Below, piece after piece: positions 24,704-34,700 of a DNA stretch of 64,000 bases. Position 1 is the first letter of the stretch, and each line of letters opens with the position of its first letter. A program made the translations under genes and the position numbers. The stretch covers positions 18,233 through 82,232 of the forward strand of contig JBFMCO010000022.1 of the NCBI GenBank assembly GCA_040754495.1, read 5' to 3'. Source of the DNA: Candidatus Micrarchaeota archaeon (GTDB lineage: Archaea > Micrarchaeota > Micrarchaeia > Anstonellales > Bilamarchaeaceae). Under the pieces are notes generated by a model, which worked only from the letters and a program-made list of their open reading frames with translations, ran no database searches and was not told the origin of the DNA.

Positions 24704-25228
24704 CTAGCGGCCCGTCCTGATTCTGTCCGCGAAGCGCTCCATGGAGCAGGATGGGTTCCCGGGGTCGCGGACCGCCATCTCCAGCTCCTTGAGCCGCAAT
24801 CCGTCGGGATGGGCGCGGTCTATGAAGCGCGCGATAATTTTTCCGCCCTCTTCATGGAGCGAGAGATACCAGTATTTCACCCACTGCGAGATGTCGCCGA
24901 GAGTCTCGCCTTCCATGCGCGGCCTCTGCCTCGACGACTTGGTGTCGCAGAGCTCGAGGCCGCCCTCGAAGCGGGAGAGCCGGACCTTCGGCGGGAACGC
25001 GAGCGCCACGTAGATGTCGAAGCCCGGCTCTGCGCCGAGCGTCCTGCAAAGCTCGGCGATGGCTTGCCGGGCCTCCACGGTCTTCCGCATGGGTATCGGC
25101 CAGCCGGGGCTCGCCTTCCCGGCACGGTCGCCTTCCGGTTTCATGGCATCCAGCTCCCGCCTGGGGGGCCGGCCTGGCTTTTCCGGCGTGTCCGTTTCGC
25201 GGGGCGGGCCGGTGATCCTTTTGACCAT
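24704..25228 (-). CDS. Small hypothetical protein (174 aa); first gene of the convergent five-gene operon
   Basis: ORF with mixed composition. An AT-rich promoter-like spacer lies upstream (higher coordinates). Confidence 0.45.
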   Translation of the reverse strand: MVKRITGPPRETDTPEKPGRPPRRELDAMKPEGDRAGKASPGWPIPMRKTVEARQAIAELCRTLGAEPGFDIYVALAFPPKVRLSRFEGGLELCDTKSSRQRPRMEGETLGDISQWVKYWYLSLHEEGGKIIARFIDRAHPDGLRLKELEMAVRDPGNPSCSMERFADRIRTGR

Positions 25229-25283
25229 AGGATATTACTTATGGTTATCAACATTTTTAAACAGAATTAATGACATATTGTGC
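25229..25283. promoter_or_regulatory. Divergent AT-rich intergenic spacer with a TATA-like TTTTTAAA about 26-33 nt before the ATG at 25284. This spacing suggests a leaderless transcript
   Basis: ttatggttatcaacaTTTTTAAAcagaattaatgacatattgtgcATGATG. Confidence 0.3.
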
Positions 25284-26207
25284 ATGATGCTCGCAGGACC
25301 CAGGGCCAGGCTTGCGCAGAGGGCTGCAAGGTTCTCTTCGTACGCGGTGCTTGCCGGCAGCCTGATGGGCGGATGCCATGACAAAGGCGGTGCCGCCCCT
25401 GCCGAAGACGGGGGCGCCGAACTTCCGTTCTACCGGCTTCCGAGGGAGAGGGACGCGTCAGCGCCGGATTCCGCAGGGGCAATGCCGCCGGCGGCTGCTC
25501 CGCCTGGCACGCAGAGCGCCATACGAGGCCCCCCGCCGCAACGCTCAAGCCTCGGCTGCCAGGACGGGATGGCGAATGCGGGCAGGTACTGCATAGACGC
25601 TTACGAAGTCCACCTCGTGGACGGAACGGGCTCGCCCCGTCCCTATTACACGCGCCCGCCGGAGGACATGCGGGGGCTTAGGGCGGCGACTGCTCCGGGC
25701 GTGTTCCCGCAGGGCTACCTGAACCAGCTCCAGGCGCGCACGGCGTGCCGGAATGCGGGCAAGAGGCTCTGCACGCTCGAGGAGTGGCAGGGCGCGTGCA
25801 GGGGAAGCGGAGGCATGAGGTATCCATATGGCATGTCGTTCGAGGAAGGGAGATGCAATACGCTGAAGTCGCCGCACATACTCGACAAAATCTTCCCGGA
25901 CATACCGCACCTCCGGCGCATGGGCAGGGAGTTCAACGACCCGAGGCTCCTGCAGGAGCCGGGCTACCTGGCGAGGGGCGGCGAATACAGCGGCTGCGCC
26001 ACGGAGAGCGGGATTCACGACATGGCCGGAAACCTCTCGGAATGGGTGGATGATTCCGTGGAGCGGGACGGCATGCTGTATGGGACTTTCGCGGGCGGAC
26101 CTTTCAGCGGGCCGGTGAAAGGCGGGTGCGGGCACTGGACGAGCGTGCATGCGGCGAAATACTCGGATTACTCGATAGGGACAAGGTGCTGCGCGGACGG
26201 GCGGTAG
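25284..26207 (+). CDS. FGE-sulfatase (SUMF1/formylglycine-generating-enzyme-like) domain protein; predicted lipoprotein
   Basis: Lipobox-like LMGGC. GRYCIDAYEV, RTACRNAGKRLCTLEEWQGAC and GNLSEWVDD resemble the GNVWEW core of FGE domains. The upstream in-frame extension from 25014 was judged spurious. Confidence 0.65.
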   Translation: MMLAGPRARLAQRAARFSSYAVLAGSLMGGCHDKGGAAPAEDGGAELPFYRLPRERDASAPDSAGAMPPAAAPPGTQSAIRGPPPQRSSLGCQDGMANAGRYCIDAYEVHLVDGTGSPRPYYTRPPEDMRGLRAATAPGVFPQGYLNQLQARTACRNAGKRLCTLEEWQGACRGSGGMRYPYGMSFEEGRCNTLKSPHILDKIFPDIPHLRRMGREFNDPRLLQEPGYLARGGEYSGCATESGIHDMAGNLSEWVDDSVERDGMLYGTFAGGPFSGPVKGGCGHWTSVHAAKYSDYSIGTRCCADGR

Positions 26208-26222
26208 CGGTTTCCTGCCTTA

Positions 26223-26837
26223 TTATTTCGGGACGAACGAGACGCGCCTCCCTTCGACCGCATAAGCGCCTTTCGAGAAAGAGTCCACGACTTTCGCATA
26301 CGCCTTGTGCTCGTGCGCGAGTATTTTCGCGGCGACCTCCTCCGCGCTAATGCAATCCGCGATATCCACGGCCTCCTGGTAGATTATGGGGCCGGCGTCC
26401 AGGCTCTCGTCCACGAAATGGATGGTGAGCCCTGACACCTTCGCGCCGTAGTCGAAAGCCTGCTTCTGCGCGTCCGAGCCCGGGAAGGACGGGAGGAGGG
26501 CCGGGTGGATGTTGATTATCCTGTTCCGGTACGCATCGAGAAGCGCCTTTCCCTTGAGGAGCAGCATGTAGCCGGCCAGCACGACGAGCTCCGCCCCGTA
26601 TCGTTCAAGCAGCTCGAGGATGCGCATATCGAGCTCGCCGCGGCTCCCGAACGACTTCCGCTCCACCAGCTCGACAGGGATGCCGTTCTCCTTTGCGATT
26701 GAGACGGCCGGCGCATCAGGGTTGTTGGTGATGAGCACCTTCACTTCTGCGTCGCAGCGGCCGGCACGGATTTCCCCGAGAATCGCGCTGAAGTTGCTTC
26801 CCCTCCCGGAGGCCAGGACCGCCACCTTGACTGCCAT
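26223..26837 (-). CDS. purN: Phosphoribosylglycinamide formyltransferase (PurN)
   Basis: MAVKVAVLASGRGSNF..NIHPALLPSFPG..HFVDESLDAGPII; canonical formyltransferase motifs. Confidence 0.85.
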   Translation of the reverse strand: MAVKVAVLASGRGSNFSAILGEIRAGRCDAEVKVLITNNPDAPAVSIAKENGIPVELVERKSFGSRGELDMRILELLERYGAELVVLAGYMLLLKGKALLDAYRNRIINIHPALLPSFPGSDAQKQAFDYGAKVSGLTIHFVDESLDAGPIIYQEAVDIADCISAEEVAAKILAHEHKAYAKVVDSFSKGAYAVEGRRVSFVPK

Positions 26838-26872
26838 GCATATATGCGGGGAGAAAATGTTTTAATTATCTT

Positions 26873-27175
26873 GTGCGAAAGGAGCGCATGGGGGAAAATT
26901 ATTCCGGCAGGTTCGCGATACCGGATGTGCCGGGGACGGAGCCTATTGAGAGCATCGTGGCCAGGCTTCGGCGCGACATCGCCTCCGATTGCTCGGGCCT
27001 CCTGCGGAGGGCGAAAACCGCCAGGGTGTCCCAGGCCGGCTCTTACCGGGCCCGCGTCTGGGAGAGCAGGATTTGCAGGATAATCGAGGCGAACGCGACG
27101 ACTTTCAGCATACTGGAGCTGAGGCGGCTCAAGCGCGAATGCACCGTGCTTTCGCAGGAGCTGCGGGGATTCTGA
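26873..27175 (+). CDS. Hypothetical protein (100 aa)
   Basis: ORF only; no recognisable motif. Confidence 0.3.
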   Translation: MRKERMGENYSGRFAIPDVPGTEPIESIVARLRRDIASDCSGLLRRAKTARVSQAGSYRARVWESRICRIIEANATTFSILELRRLKRECTVLSQELRGF

Positions 27176-27208
27176 GCCTTGCCCTTTGCGCAAGCCGCGT
27201 GGCCAGGC

Positions 27209-28393
27209 CTACTCTTCGGTTATCCTCAGATTAGGATTGCACATCGCCCGCTCGATGAATTGCATGTGCTCCATGCTTATCGGGGCGATGCCCGCCGCTT
27301 CCCGTATTTTCTGCCCGTCGAGCATCTCCTCGTGGCTGCGGCCGCCAAGGCTCGTGAAGATTGCGCCCGCGAGGATGTCGGCCCACTTTCGCAGGAAATC
27401 CTCCCCCACCGCGAATGCCCCGGCGCCGAGCTGGCGCATGGAGCTGTCGAAAGACGGCAGTACCACCGTAACGTCAACTCCGTGCAGCATCATAGAGCGG
27501 AACGCTTCCGCCGGGTCGGAATAAAGCGCCTGGAGCATGTATGCCGCAATCTCCATCACGTCGCGCGGGAGCGGAACGTTGCCGTTGGCCTCGCGCTCGA
27601 GCATATGGGCCACCTCGTGCGCGAATGCCGAGCCTATCTGCGCGTTCAGTGAGCGCATCAGGAACTCGCGGGGGCTGCCGCTTTCCGCGGCGATCGACGC
27701 GAGCCTGGATATCATCAGCCGCAGGCACGACACATCCAGCGCGAAAAGGACGCTTGCCTCCTCCGTCAGCCCTTCCGCGGCGAACGCCCTTGCGAGGGCC
27801 TCTCCGGCCGCCCCGGCCCCGGTCCTTGCAAGGGATATCCTCATGCCTTCCGGGCGGCAGTCCAGCTCTTCCGGGCCGGCCAGCCAGAAATCAAGCAGCT
27901 GCGCGAGCCTGGCGGCGTTCTGCGTGGCGTTGAGCTCGAACCACAGGAGGCCCTCCATGCCCATGTTGAACCTGGCCCGGCCCACCCTCATCCCGTCCGA
28001 CTCGTCAAGGAACACGTGAACGGGCCGGCCGAAGGCCTCGAAACTGTGCAGCATGAGGCCCACGCTCTCCGGCCGGCCGAAGCGGGAGTGGAGCCCCCGG
28101 GAGAGGAACACCTCCCTTATCCCGGAGAGCACCTGGTGCCTCACGATTTCAGGGCTGTCGCCGCCGAGGGGGCGGAGGGCCTCCGAGATATCGCAGCGAA
28201 GGTTGTGATCCGTCATGCGCAGCTCCCGGATGAAGCGGCGCGAGGACGGGCCCGGGTTTCCGAACGCCTTTGCCAGCTTCAGGCCCTCCAGCACCGGCTC
28301 GTCAACTAGTCCTTTGAGCCGTCCGAACTTGAATGTCTTGCGCCGGAGCATGGGCGCGCAATATGACTTTATCTGCTCCTTGCCTACTGCCAC
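27209..28393 (-). CDS. Hypothetical protein (394 aa) with an HExxH motif (AFAHEVAHMLE)
   Basis: Protein-like composition. Single HExxH. Confidence 0.5.
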   Translation of the reverse strand: MAVGKEQIKSYCAPMLRRKTFKFGRLKGLVDEPVLEGLKLAKAFGNPGPSSRRFIRELRMTDHNLRCDISEALRPLGGDSPEIVRHQVLSGIREVFLSRGLHSRFGRPESVGLMLHSFEAFGRPVHVFLDESDGMRVGRARFNMGMEGLLWFELNATQNAARLAQLLDFWLAGPEELDCRPEGMRISLARTGAGAAGEALARAFAAEGLTEEASVLFALDVSCLRLMISRLASIAAESGSPREFLMRSLNAQIGSAFAHEVAHMLEREANGNVPLPRDVMEIAAYMLQALYSDPAEAFRSMMLHGVDVTVVLPSFDSSMRQLGAGAFAVGEDFLRKWADILAGAIFTSLGGRSHEEMLDGQKIREAAGIAPISMEHMQFIERAMCNPNLRITEE

Positions 28394-28474
28394 GTCATGA
28401 TTATCCTAGGGAACGTTTTAAAAAGTGGTCTAACGTTAAATATGATGGGCAATGCTTCAAAATGATTTAATTCC

Positions 28475-29209
28475 TTGCCAATCCAGTACATCACGGCGGT
28501 AGTCATGCTGAGCATCGTGATACCAACATACAACGAGGAGGAGCACATCGGGGGGCTCCTCGAATCACTTAAGCCTCAGCTCGCGGAAGGCGACGAGATA
28601 ATAGTAGTGGACAGCCGCAGCCATGACCGCACAGCGGAGATAGCGCGGAGGCATGGCGCGAGGGTGATAGAGGAGCCCAAGAGAGGGAACGGCCTTGCGA
28701 GGACGGCCGGCGCGAGAGCCGCCCGGAACGGCATAGTGGTATTCGTTGACGCAGACTGCGTCCCCTCGGGCGGCTTCCTGGCGCGGATAAGGAGGCATTT
28801 TGCCTCGCAGGAGACCGTTGCCGTGGGCGGCCTCGACTTATATCACTCCGAATCCGGCCTGAACAGGCTCGTATATGACACGTTTTCCAGGAGCGTGTTC
28901 TTTTCCGCCATGCTGACGCACGCGCTGACAGGCAGGTATTGGCTCGCCTCGAACAACTCCGCCTACAGGAAGGACGTGTTCCTTTCCGCAGGCGGCTACC
29001 GCTCCGTGATATGCGAGGACACGGACCTCACGCGGAGGCTCCCTCCATCTAAGCACGTGGTGTATGACGCTCATCTCGTGCTCTCGCTCTCGGACCGCAG
29101 GTTCAAAAAAGACGGATTCCTGAGCACCATCTCGCTCTGGGGCAGGAGCAACATAGCCGCATGGACCGGCAGGGGCGCCGACAGCTCCGCCTACAAGACG
29201 TCCTATTAG
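28475..29209 (+). CDS. Family 2 glycosyltransferase (dolichyl-phosphate sugar transferase-like)
   Basis: LSIVIPTYNEEEHIGGLL, VVDSRSHDRT and VFVDADC: GT2 signature. The start may be at the internal MLSIV. Confidence 0.8.
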   Translation: MPIQYITAVVMLSIVIPTYNEEEHIGGLLESLKPQLAEGDEIIVVDSRSHDRTAEIARRHGARVIEEPKRGNGLARTAGARAARNGIVVFVDADCVPSGGFLARIRRHFASQETVAVGGLDLYHSESGLNRLVYDTFSRSVFFSAMLTHALTGRYWLASNNSAYRKDVFLSAGGYRSVICEDTDLTRRLPPSKHVVYDAHLVLSLSDRRFKKDGFLSTISLWGRSNIAAWTGRGADSSAYKTSY

Positions 29210-30660
29210 GCGCGCTTCCATCTGACGCCGCCGGCCGCGGCCTTGTCCTCGAGCATGATGCCTGCTTCCTTCAGCCTCGCCCGGATGGCATCCGACTTCC
29301 CGTAGTCCTTTTTGGCTCTCGCCTCGTCGCGCATGCGGATTAGCGCCTCGAGCGCCGCCTCCGCGCTTCCGGCCGCCGGCGCCCCGAATTCAAGCAGGAG
29401 CGCGGAGAGCGCCGCGGCCAAATCATCGAGGCCAGCCTTCTTCTCCTCGAGGCCGAGCACCCACAGCATGCCTGAAAGCGAATCCGAGACCTTCCGGAGC
29501 TGCTCGTGGTCTACGCGGCCGCTCATGTGGGCATTCGCGATGCGGAGCAGGTTGAAGAGGGAGGCGATCGCCTCGGGCGTCCGGAGGTCGTCTTCCATGC
29601 AGGCGTGGAAGTCCGCAATCAGCGCGTCGCTCTTTTTCCTGAATTCCTCGTCCCTGTGCCCGTCGCCCTTCGTGGTGTCTATCTCGCGGATGAGGCCCAG
29701 CGAGTTGAATATCCTCTCCACGCTCTCCTCCATCGAGTCGAGAACGTCCTCGTCGTAGTCAAGCGGGCTGCGGTAGTGGGCCTGGAGGTAGAAGAGGCGG
29801 AGGGCGTTCGGGCTGCTCCGCGATAGGGCCTGCGCAAGCGTCACGAAGTTCCCGAGGGACTTGCTCATCTTCTCCCCTTCCACGGTCAGGAAGCCGAAGT
29901 GCATCCAGTGCCTGCAGAACTGCTCCCCGCTCGCAGCCTCGCTTTGCGCGATTTCGTTCTCATGGTGCGGGAATATCAGGTCCCGCCCCCCGCCGTGGAC
30001 GTCGAGCGTGCCGCCCGCGTACTTTCCCGCCATCGCAGAGCATTCTATGTGCCAGCCGGGCCTCCCCCTGCCCCAGGGGCTGTCGAACTCGATGATTTCG
30101 CCGCTCGTCTTTTTCCACAGCGCGAAATCGGCCGGGTCCTTCTTCGTTTCCTCGACCTCGAAGCGCGAGCCGGCCCGTATCTCCTCCAGGTTCTGCCCCG
30201 AGAGCGAGCCGTAACGGGGGAATGAGGAGATGTCGAAATAGACGCCGCTTTTCGTCTCGTACGCCTTCCCGCGCGCAATCAGCTTCTGCACGAGCGCGAT
30301 GATGTCCGGGATGTGCCCTGTGACCTTCGGATAGACGTCGGCCGGGAGGATGGAGAGCTTGCCAAAAAGCTCGAGCGCCTCGTCGTGGTTGGCTTTCGTC
30401 AGCGCGGCCGGGTCTGCCCCGGTCTCCTTGCAGCGCCTGATTATCTTGTCGTCAACGTCGGTTATGTTCTGGATATGGTAGATGATATGCCCACTGCGGA
30501 GGAGGTAGCGCTTCAGCACGTCGAATGAGACGTACGCCCGGGCGTGGCCTATGTGCGCGCTGTCGTAGGGGGTGAGGCCGCAGACGTACATCACGACCTT
30601 CCTGCCGCGCGGCGGGGAGAAGTCTTCCGCCCGCTTTGTGAGCGAATTGAAAAGGCGCAT
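29206..30660 (-). CDS. cysS: Cysteinyl-tRNA synthetase
   Basis: MRLFNSLTKR..YVCGLTPYDSAHIGHAR (HIGH motif) and KMSKSLGN (KMSKS motif). The listed ORF extends to 30936 but the conserved N-terminus begins at the Met at 30660. Confidence 0.9.
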   Translation of the reverse strand: MRLFNSLTKRAEDFSPPRGRKVVMYVCGLTPYDSAHIGHARAYVSFDVLKRYLLRSGHIIYHIQNITDVDDKIIRRCKETGADPAALTKANHDEALELFGKLSILPADVYPKVTGHIPDIIALVQKLIARGKAYETKSGVYFDISSFPRYGSLSGQNLEEIRAGSRFEVEETKKDPADFALWKKTSGEIIEFDSPWGRGRPGWHIECSAMAGKYAGGTLDVHGGGRDLIFPHHENEIAQSEAASGEQFCRHWMHFGFLTVEGEKMSKSLGNFVTLAQALSRSSPNALRLFYLQAHYRSPLDYDEDVLDSMEESVERIFNSLGLIREIDTTKGDGHRDEEFRKKSDALIADFHACMEDDLRTPEAIASLFNLLRIANAHMSGRVDHEQLRKVSDSLSGMLWVLGLEEKKAGLDDLAAALSALLLEFGAPAAGSAEAALEALIRMRDEARAKKDYGKSDAIRARLKEAGIMLEDKAAAGGVRWKRA

Positions 30661-30756
30661 CGGAGATTTGTGCGCTCGAAAAATATTTATAAAGATACCA
30701 TACGAGTATAAGCCCAAACCGCTCCGGAATCCGGAGGGGAGTCTAGCAGGGAGGTA

Positions 30757-31134
30757 TTGATTATGGCAGAAGAGAAAAAAGAGGTCAAAGCGCCTGCGAT
30801 GGCGTCGACCACCGTCTCTGGGCTGAGCAATGAGAGCAAGTTGTGGGCGGCGTTGTGCTACGTCTTCCCCATCCTCATGTTCATCCTGGTCTACGTGATG
30901 GAGGACAAGAAGAAGGACAAGTTCATCTTCTTCCATGCATGGCAGAGCCTCCTGGCAGGCCTTGCGGGCTGGGCAATCTCCATGGTGATTGCGGTCGTCA
31001 CGTTCGGCATCGGCTCGCTGTGCTTCCCGGTTTACTGGCTGGTGCTGCTCTACTTCGCGTACAAGGCATACCAGGGCGAGAAGTTCCTGCTGCCGACGAT
31101 TGGCCCGATGGCCGAGCAGTACGCCAGCAAGTGA
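30757..31134 (+). CDS. Small membrane protein, DUF4870-like
   Basis: ALCYVFPILMFILVYVMEDKKKDKFIFFHAWQSLL pattern, followed by TM helices. Confidence 0.55.
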   Translation: MIMAEEKKEVKAPAMASTTVSGLSNESKLWAALCYVFPILMFILVYVMEDKKKDKFIFFHAWQSLLAGLAGWAISMVIAVVTFGIGSLCFPVYWLVLLYFAYKAYQGEKFLLPTIGPMAEQYASK

Positions 31135-31137
31135 GTT

Positions 31138-31175
31138 TTTTTCATTTTTCTTTCTTATTTTCCCTCTTTATCCGG
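31138..31175 (+). terminator. Oligo-T tract (archaeal intrinsic terminator) after 30757..31134
   Basis: gtttttttcatttttctttcttattttccctcttt. Confidence 0.35.
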
Positions 31176-31235
31176 GAATTCGGACACCAATAGCGGATTT
31201 TTAAAACTTATCCCCGATTTATCCGCGGTGATAAT

Positions 31236-31685
31236 TTGGGTATTGATATTGGCAAATCGCTGAAAGTGGCGACAATTCCGATCGTGATTCTTATCGCCAT
31301 CGGGGTGTTTTCGAGCATCGTCGGGGCCATCCCGGTCCTGAACATACTCTTGTGCCTCGTGGGCATACCCCTCGCGCTTGTGAGCTGGGTGGTTACCGCC
31401 TGGTCCGGGTACAAGGCGGTCAAGGAAGCGCAGATGGACCTCGTAGGCGGCGCGGTCACCGGCGGCCTCACGGCCCTCATAGCGGGCATAGTGAACGGCA
31501 TCGTCAGCTTCGTGCTCAGCCTCCTCGGCATGGGCGTCGGGGTTGCTACCGGCGGTGACGTTGGCGGCGCTGCGGTTGGCGCGGGCTTCGGCCTGGTCTT
31601 CATCGTGATAGGCATCGTGGTCGGCACGATATTCGGCCTGGTGCTCGGTGCGATAGGCGCTTTCGTAGCAGGGATGAAGAAGTAG
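31236..31685 (+). CDS. Gly-rich integral membrane protein (149 aa); hypothetical
   Basis: Three or four hydrophobic helices. Followed by a T-rich tract. Confidence 0.5.
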   Translation: MGIDIGKSLKVATIPIVILIAIGVFSSIVGAIPVLNILLCLVGIPLALVSWVVTAWSGYKAVKEAQMDLVGGAVTGGLTALIAGIVNGIVSFVLSLLGMGVGVATGGDVGGAAVGAGFGLVFIVIGIVVGTIFGLVLGAIGAFVAGMKK

Positions 31686-31777
31686 GTTTCTTTTTCCCTT
31701 ATTTTTCCCTTTTCTCTATTCTTCAAGACCCTAGACCGGAAACTGGAAACCGCAAGTCATACCTGAGGCCCGGGAGT

Positions 31778-34700
31778 TCACAGGAAATCGGACAGCCCCA
31801 TCTGCTTGACCTTGTCGTCCTCGAATATGCTCTTTATCTCCCGCTCGACAAGCACCAGCCTCTGCTTCAGGTAGGAGGGAAGGTCGTAGCGGTCGCATAT
31901 GTCGCGGGATATCTCCAGGTATTTCTCGATTCCGCCCTTGTTGATTGTGAGGAGGAGGTTGCCCCCGCAGCGCGCGCACTTGCCCGCCAAGGGCACCCTG
32001 CGGAAGATGGTGTTGCACGAGACGCAGCGGAAGGTCTGCCTTGAGAAGGAGCGCAGGTTGCCGTAGAGGTCCGGGATGAAATGGCTCAGTATCAGGCGCT
32101 CGGCTGCATCGCGCCTATCAACCGGGCGGAGGCGGCCCTGGAGCCTGAACTGTATGTCTATCTTGTCCGGTATGGACTGCAGCTCCACGTAAGCCGTCCG
32201 TATGTTCCCGACATCAAGCGTGCCGCCCGGATGCGTGATGGGAAGCTCGTACTGCTCGTCGGTCCCCAGGACGTCCTTCACGGTCTTGAGCTTCACCTCG
32301 CCCGGCGGCGCGAAGCGCTCCGCGGCCTCGTAGAACTCGAGGGGGTAGCGCGAGACGATTTCGATGCAGTGCGCCTCGTCGTCCACCTCCTTGGGGTTTA
32401 TCTCTATGGAGAGCACGAGGGGCGCGTCCATGGTGCCCCCGCGCTTCTCGTCGAGGAACCTGCGGGAGAAGTTGATGAGGGCGTCCATCAGGAGCATCAC
32501 GCAGTCCTCGTCGCCGTCGCACCGAATCGTAAAGACCTGGTTGTTCAGAAGAACATTCTTTTCTTCCAGGGATTGGCCTTCCACATCGAGGCAGTATGCC
32601 GGAACTCCGTCTGTGAATTTCTCAATCGACCTGACCTTATCGAAAATATAGTCGCTTTGAGGCACGACCGTGAACAGCTTATTCTGGTATTTGATAAATC
32701 GCGCATCGCTCGACAGACCGTTTCTTCTCAGTTCGGACATTCGTTCTGCCTTATGCTTCACAGAGGGCGCGCAGATATTTGCAAAGGCATATAGGTCGGT
32801 GCCATAAAGACTAATGAATCTCTGCGAAAGCAAACGCGGGGTTTTTCCGAGCTCTTTATACCTTTCAAGGACCTTTTTGCCAGGCAAACGCGGTTTGGTT
32901 TTGCCATACCTGCAGAAGATTCCAAATCGCAAAAGCAGCGTGCCGAAATCCTCCAAAAGATTTTGTGAAACGGAGTAGAAGTGCATTCTCGGGGGGGTGG
33001 CGATTACACTTCCATCTCCGTCAAAATAAGCAGAAATAAAGGATTTGACAAGACGGTCAGGCAGTGAAAAGACGAGATTTGGAACCCGTTTCGTGTAGGC
33101 ATTTGAGCCGGTCTTCAAGACTTTATCAAACAGAAGGTGGATTATCCGGCTGCACATTGTTATCTGAGTGCCGTTCTCGCCAAGATAAGGGTTCGTCATA
33201 AAAACGCTTTTGATGGCGGCAATAAGCCGGTTCTGCATTATTTTATTGCAAACCCTGAAGCTGACCTGATAACACGAAGGGCTTCTCCGTGCATACCCCT
33301 CTGAGACGAAGTAGCCGAGAATGAGCATCAGGTCCTCATCTATTGGAATTCTTACCGGCAGCCCCAGGTTATCTCTCTTCATGGCAATTTTTGCATCCAT
33401 GGGCAAATCCTCAAAATTGCACACCCCCTCTTCCACAAGGATTTCGAAATGGGAGAGTGGAACGCGTCCATACCACCTGCTCGGAGTCCGTCTCTCGATT
33501 TTGTTGAGCGGCAGGATTCTGAGCAGCAAATCGCGATGATTATAGAATATTTTCTTGAAAAAATCCTTCGAGCGAAGTATTATCGCTTCTTTTTCTTCCT
33601 TTTTTAGTGGAGATAGGGCCTTTGCAAGATTGAGCACGCGGGAGTCGTCTATCGTGTGCGGATTGAATTTTATGCAAACTGGCAGATCGGAGCCTTCAGT
33701 CATATCTTTTGCCTGAACTGCGCTAAGCGCCCCTTTGTTGAGGCAAAGAATATTATGGTCGGGAGTCACGGTAATCTCCCGGTGGGTGGTTGTCGTAAGC
33801 TTAATCCATTTATCGGGAGCCTTTGCTCTGATGAAGCATTTGATTTTTTTACGGATTGTTTTGTGGGATTGGAGGTCTATTCCGAATGAGTAAAGAGTTC
33901 CGGGAACTTCCACTTTTTCTGTATAAGCATCAAGCCGCTTGACCCTGTCGGGGTATTTGGCAAACATTTCTTCGGTAACATCGCCCAGTGCCCTTTTGAT
34001 ATATTTTTTCTCGTGCTCATCAAATATGATAATCTCGGTTGCCGGATGGAAGCAGTTCCTTCTCTTCGCCGTGTGGAAATACGGGTGGCCGTAGCCGACG
34101 TTGGCCTTGTTGAAGCCCACGATGCGGCACAGGACGCCGGCGCTCGTGTGCGGCGAGAGCCCGACTGCCAGGTGGCCTATCAGGTCGTCCTTCGACTTCA
34201 CGTTGTAGAAGGGCTTCATGCCGTAGAGGTTGATTAGCATGTCGTCGATGAAATCCGCCACACGCATGAAGTACGCGGCGCCGTTCTCGGAGAGGACGAT
34301 GTCCTGGTGCCGCAGCGCCAGCGTCTGGGAGCCGCTCTCGAGGGGCTTGCCAAGATAATCCACGGCATAACCGAGCGCCCTGGCCCTATCGAGGCTTATG
34401 CCCACCTCGTCCGGCGTGAAATGCGTGAGCGGGATGTCTGTCGCGTCGAAGCGGGAGGTGCCGTCCCTGAAAACGTAGACGTCGTGCTTTGCGCGGAGGA
34501 AGCCCTTCTCCAGCCGCTCCGGGATGCGGATGGTGTTCGAGAGGCCCTTCACCCCCTTCACGTCTTCCGGGGAGCTCCCCACCCGGTCCTTCACGCGCTC
34601 GAAGAGCTCCATTATGTCTACGGGCCTGCGGTCGTAGGAGAGCGTCTTCATCTCGCAGTGGATTTCGTACTCGCAGATGCGGCCGCACTTCTGGCATATC

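Noticed and set aside
29206-30936. N-terminal 92-aa extension of the CysRS ORF (30661..30936)
   Set aside because: Low-complexity translation (MEEDELVLLLVLHH...). The conserved CysRS N-terminus MRLFNSL begins at 30660.
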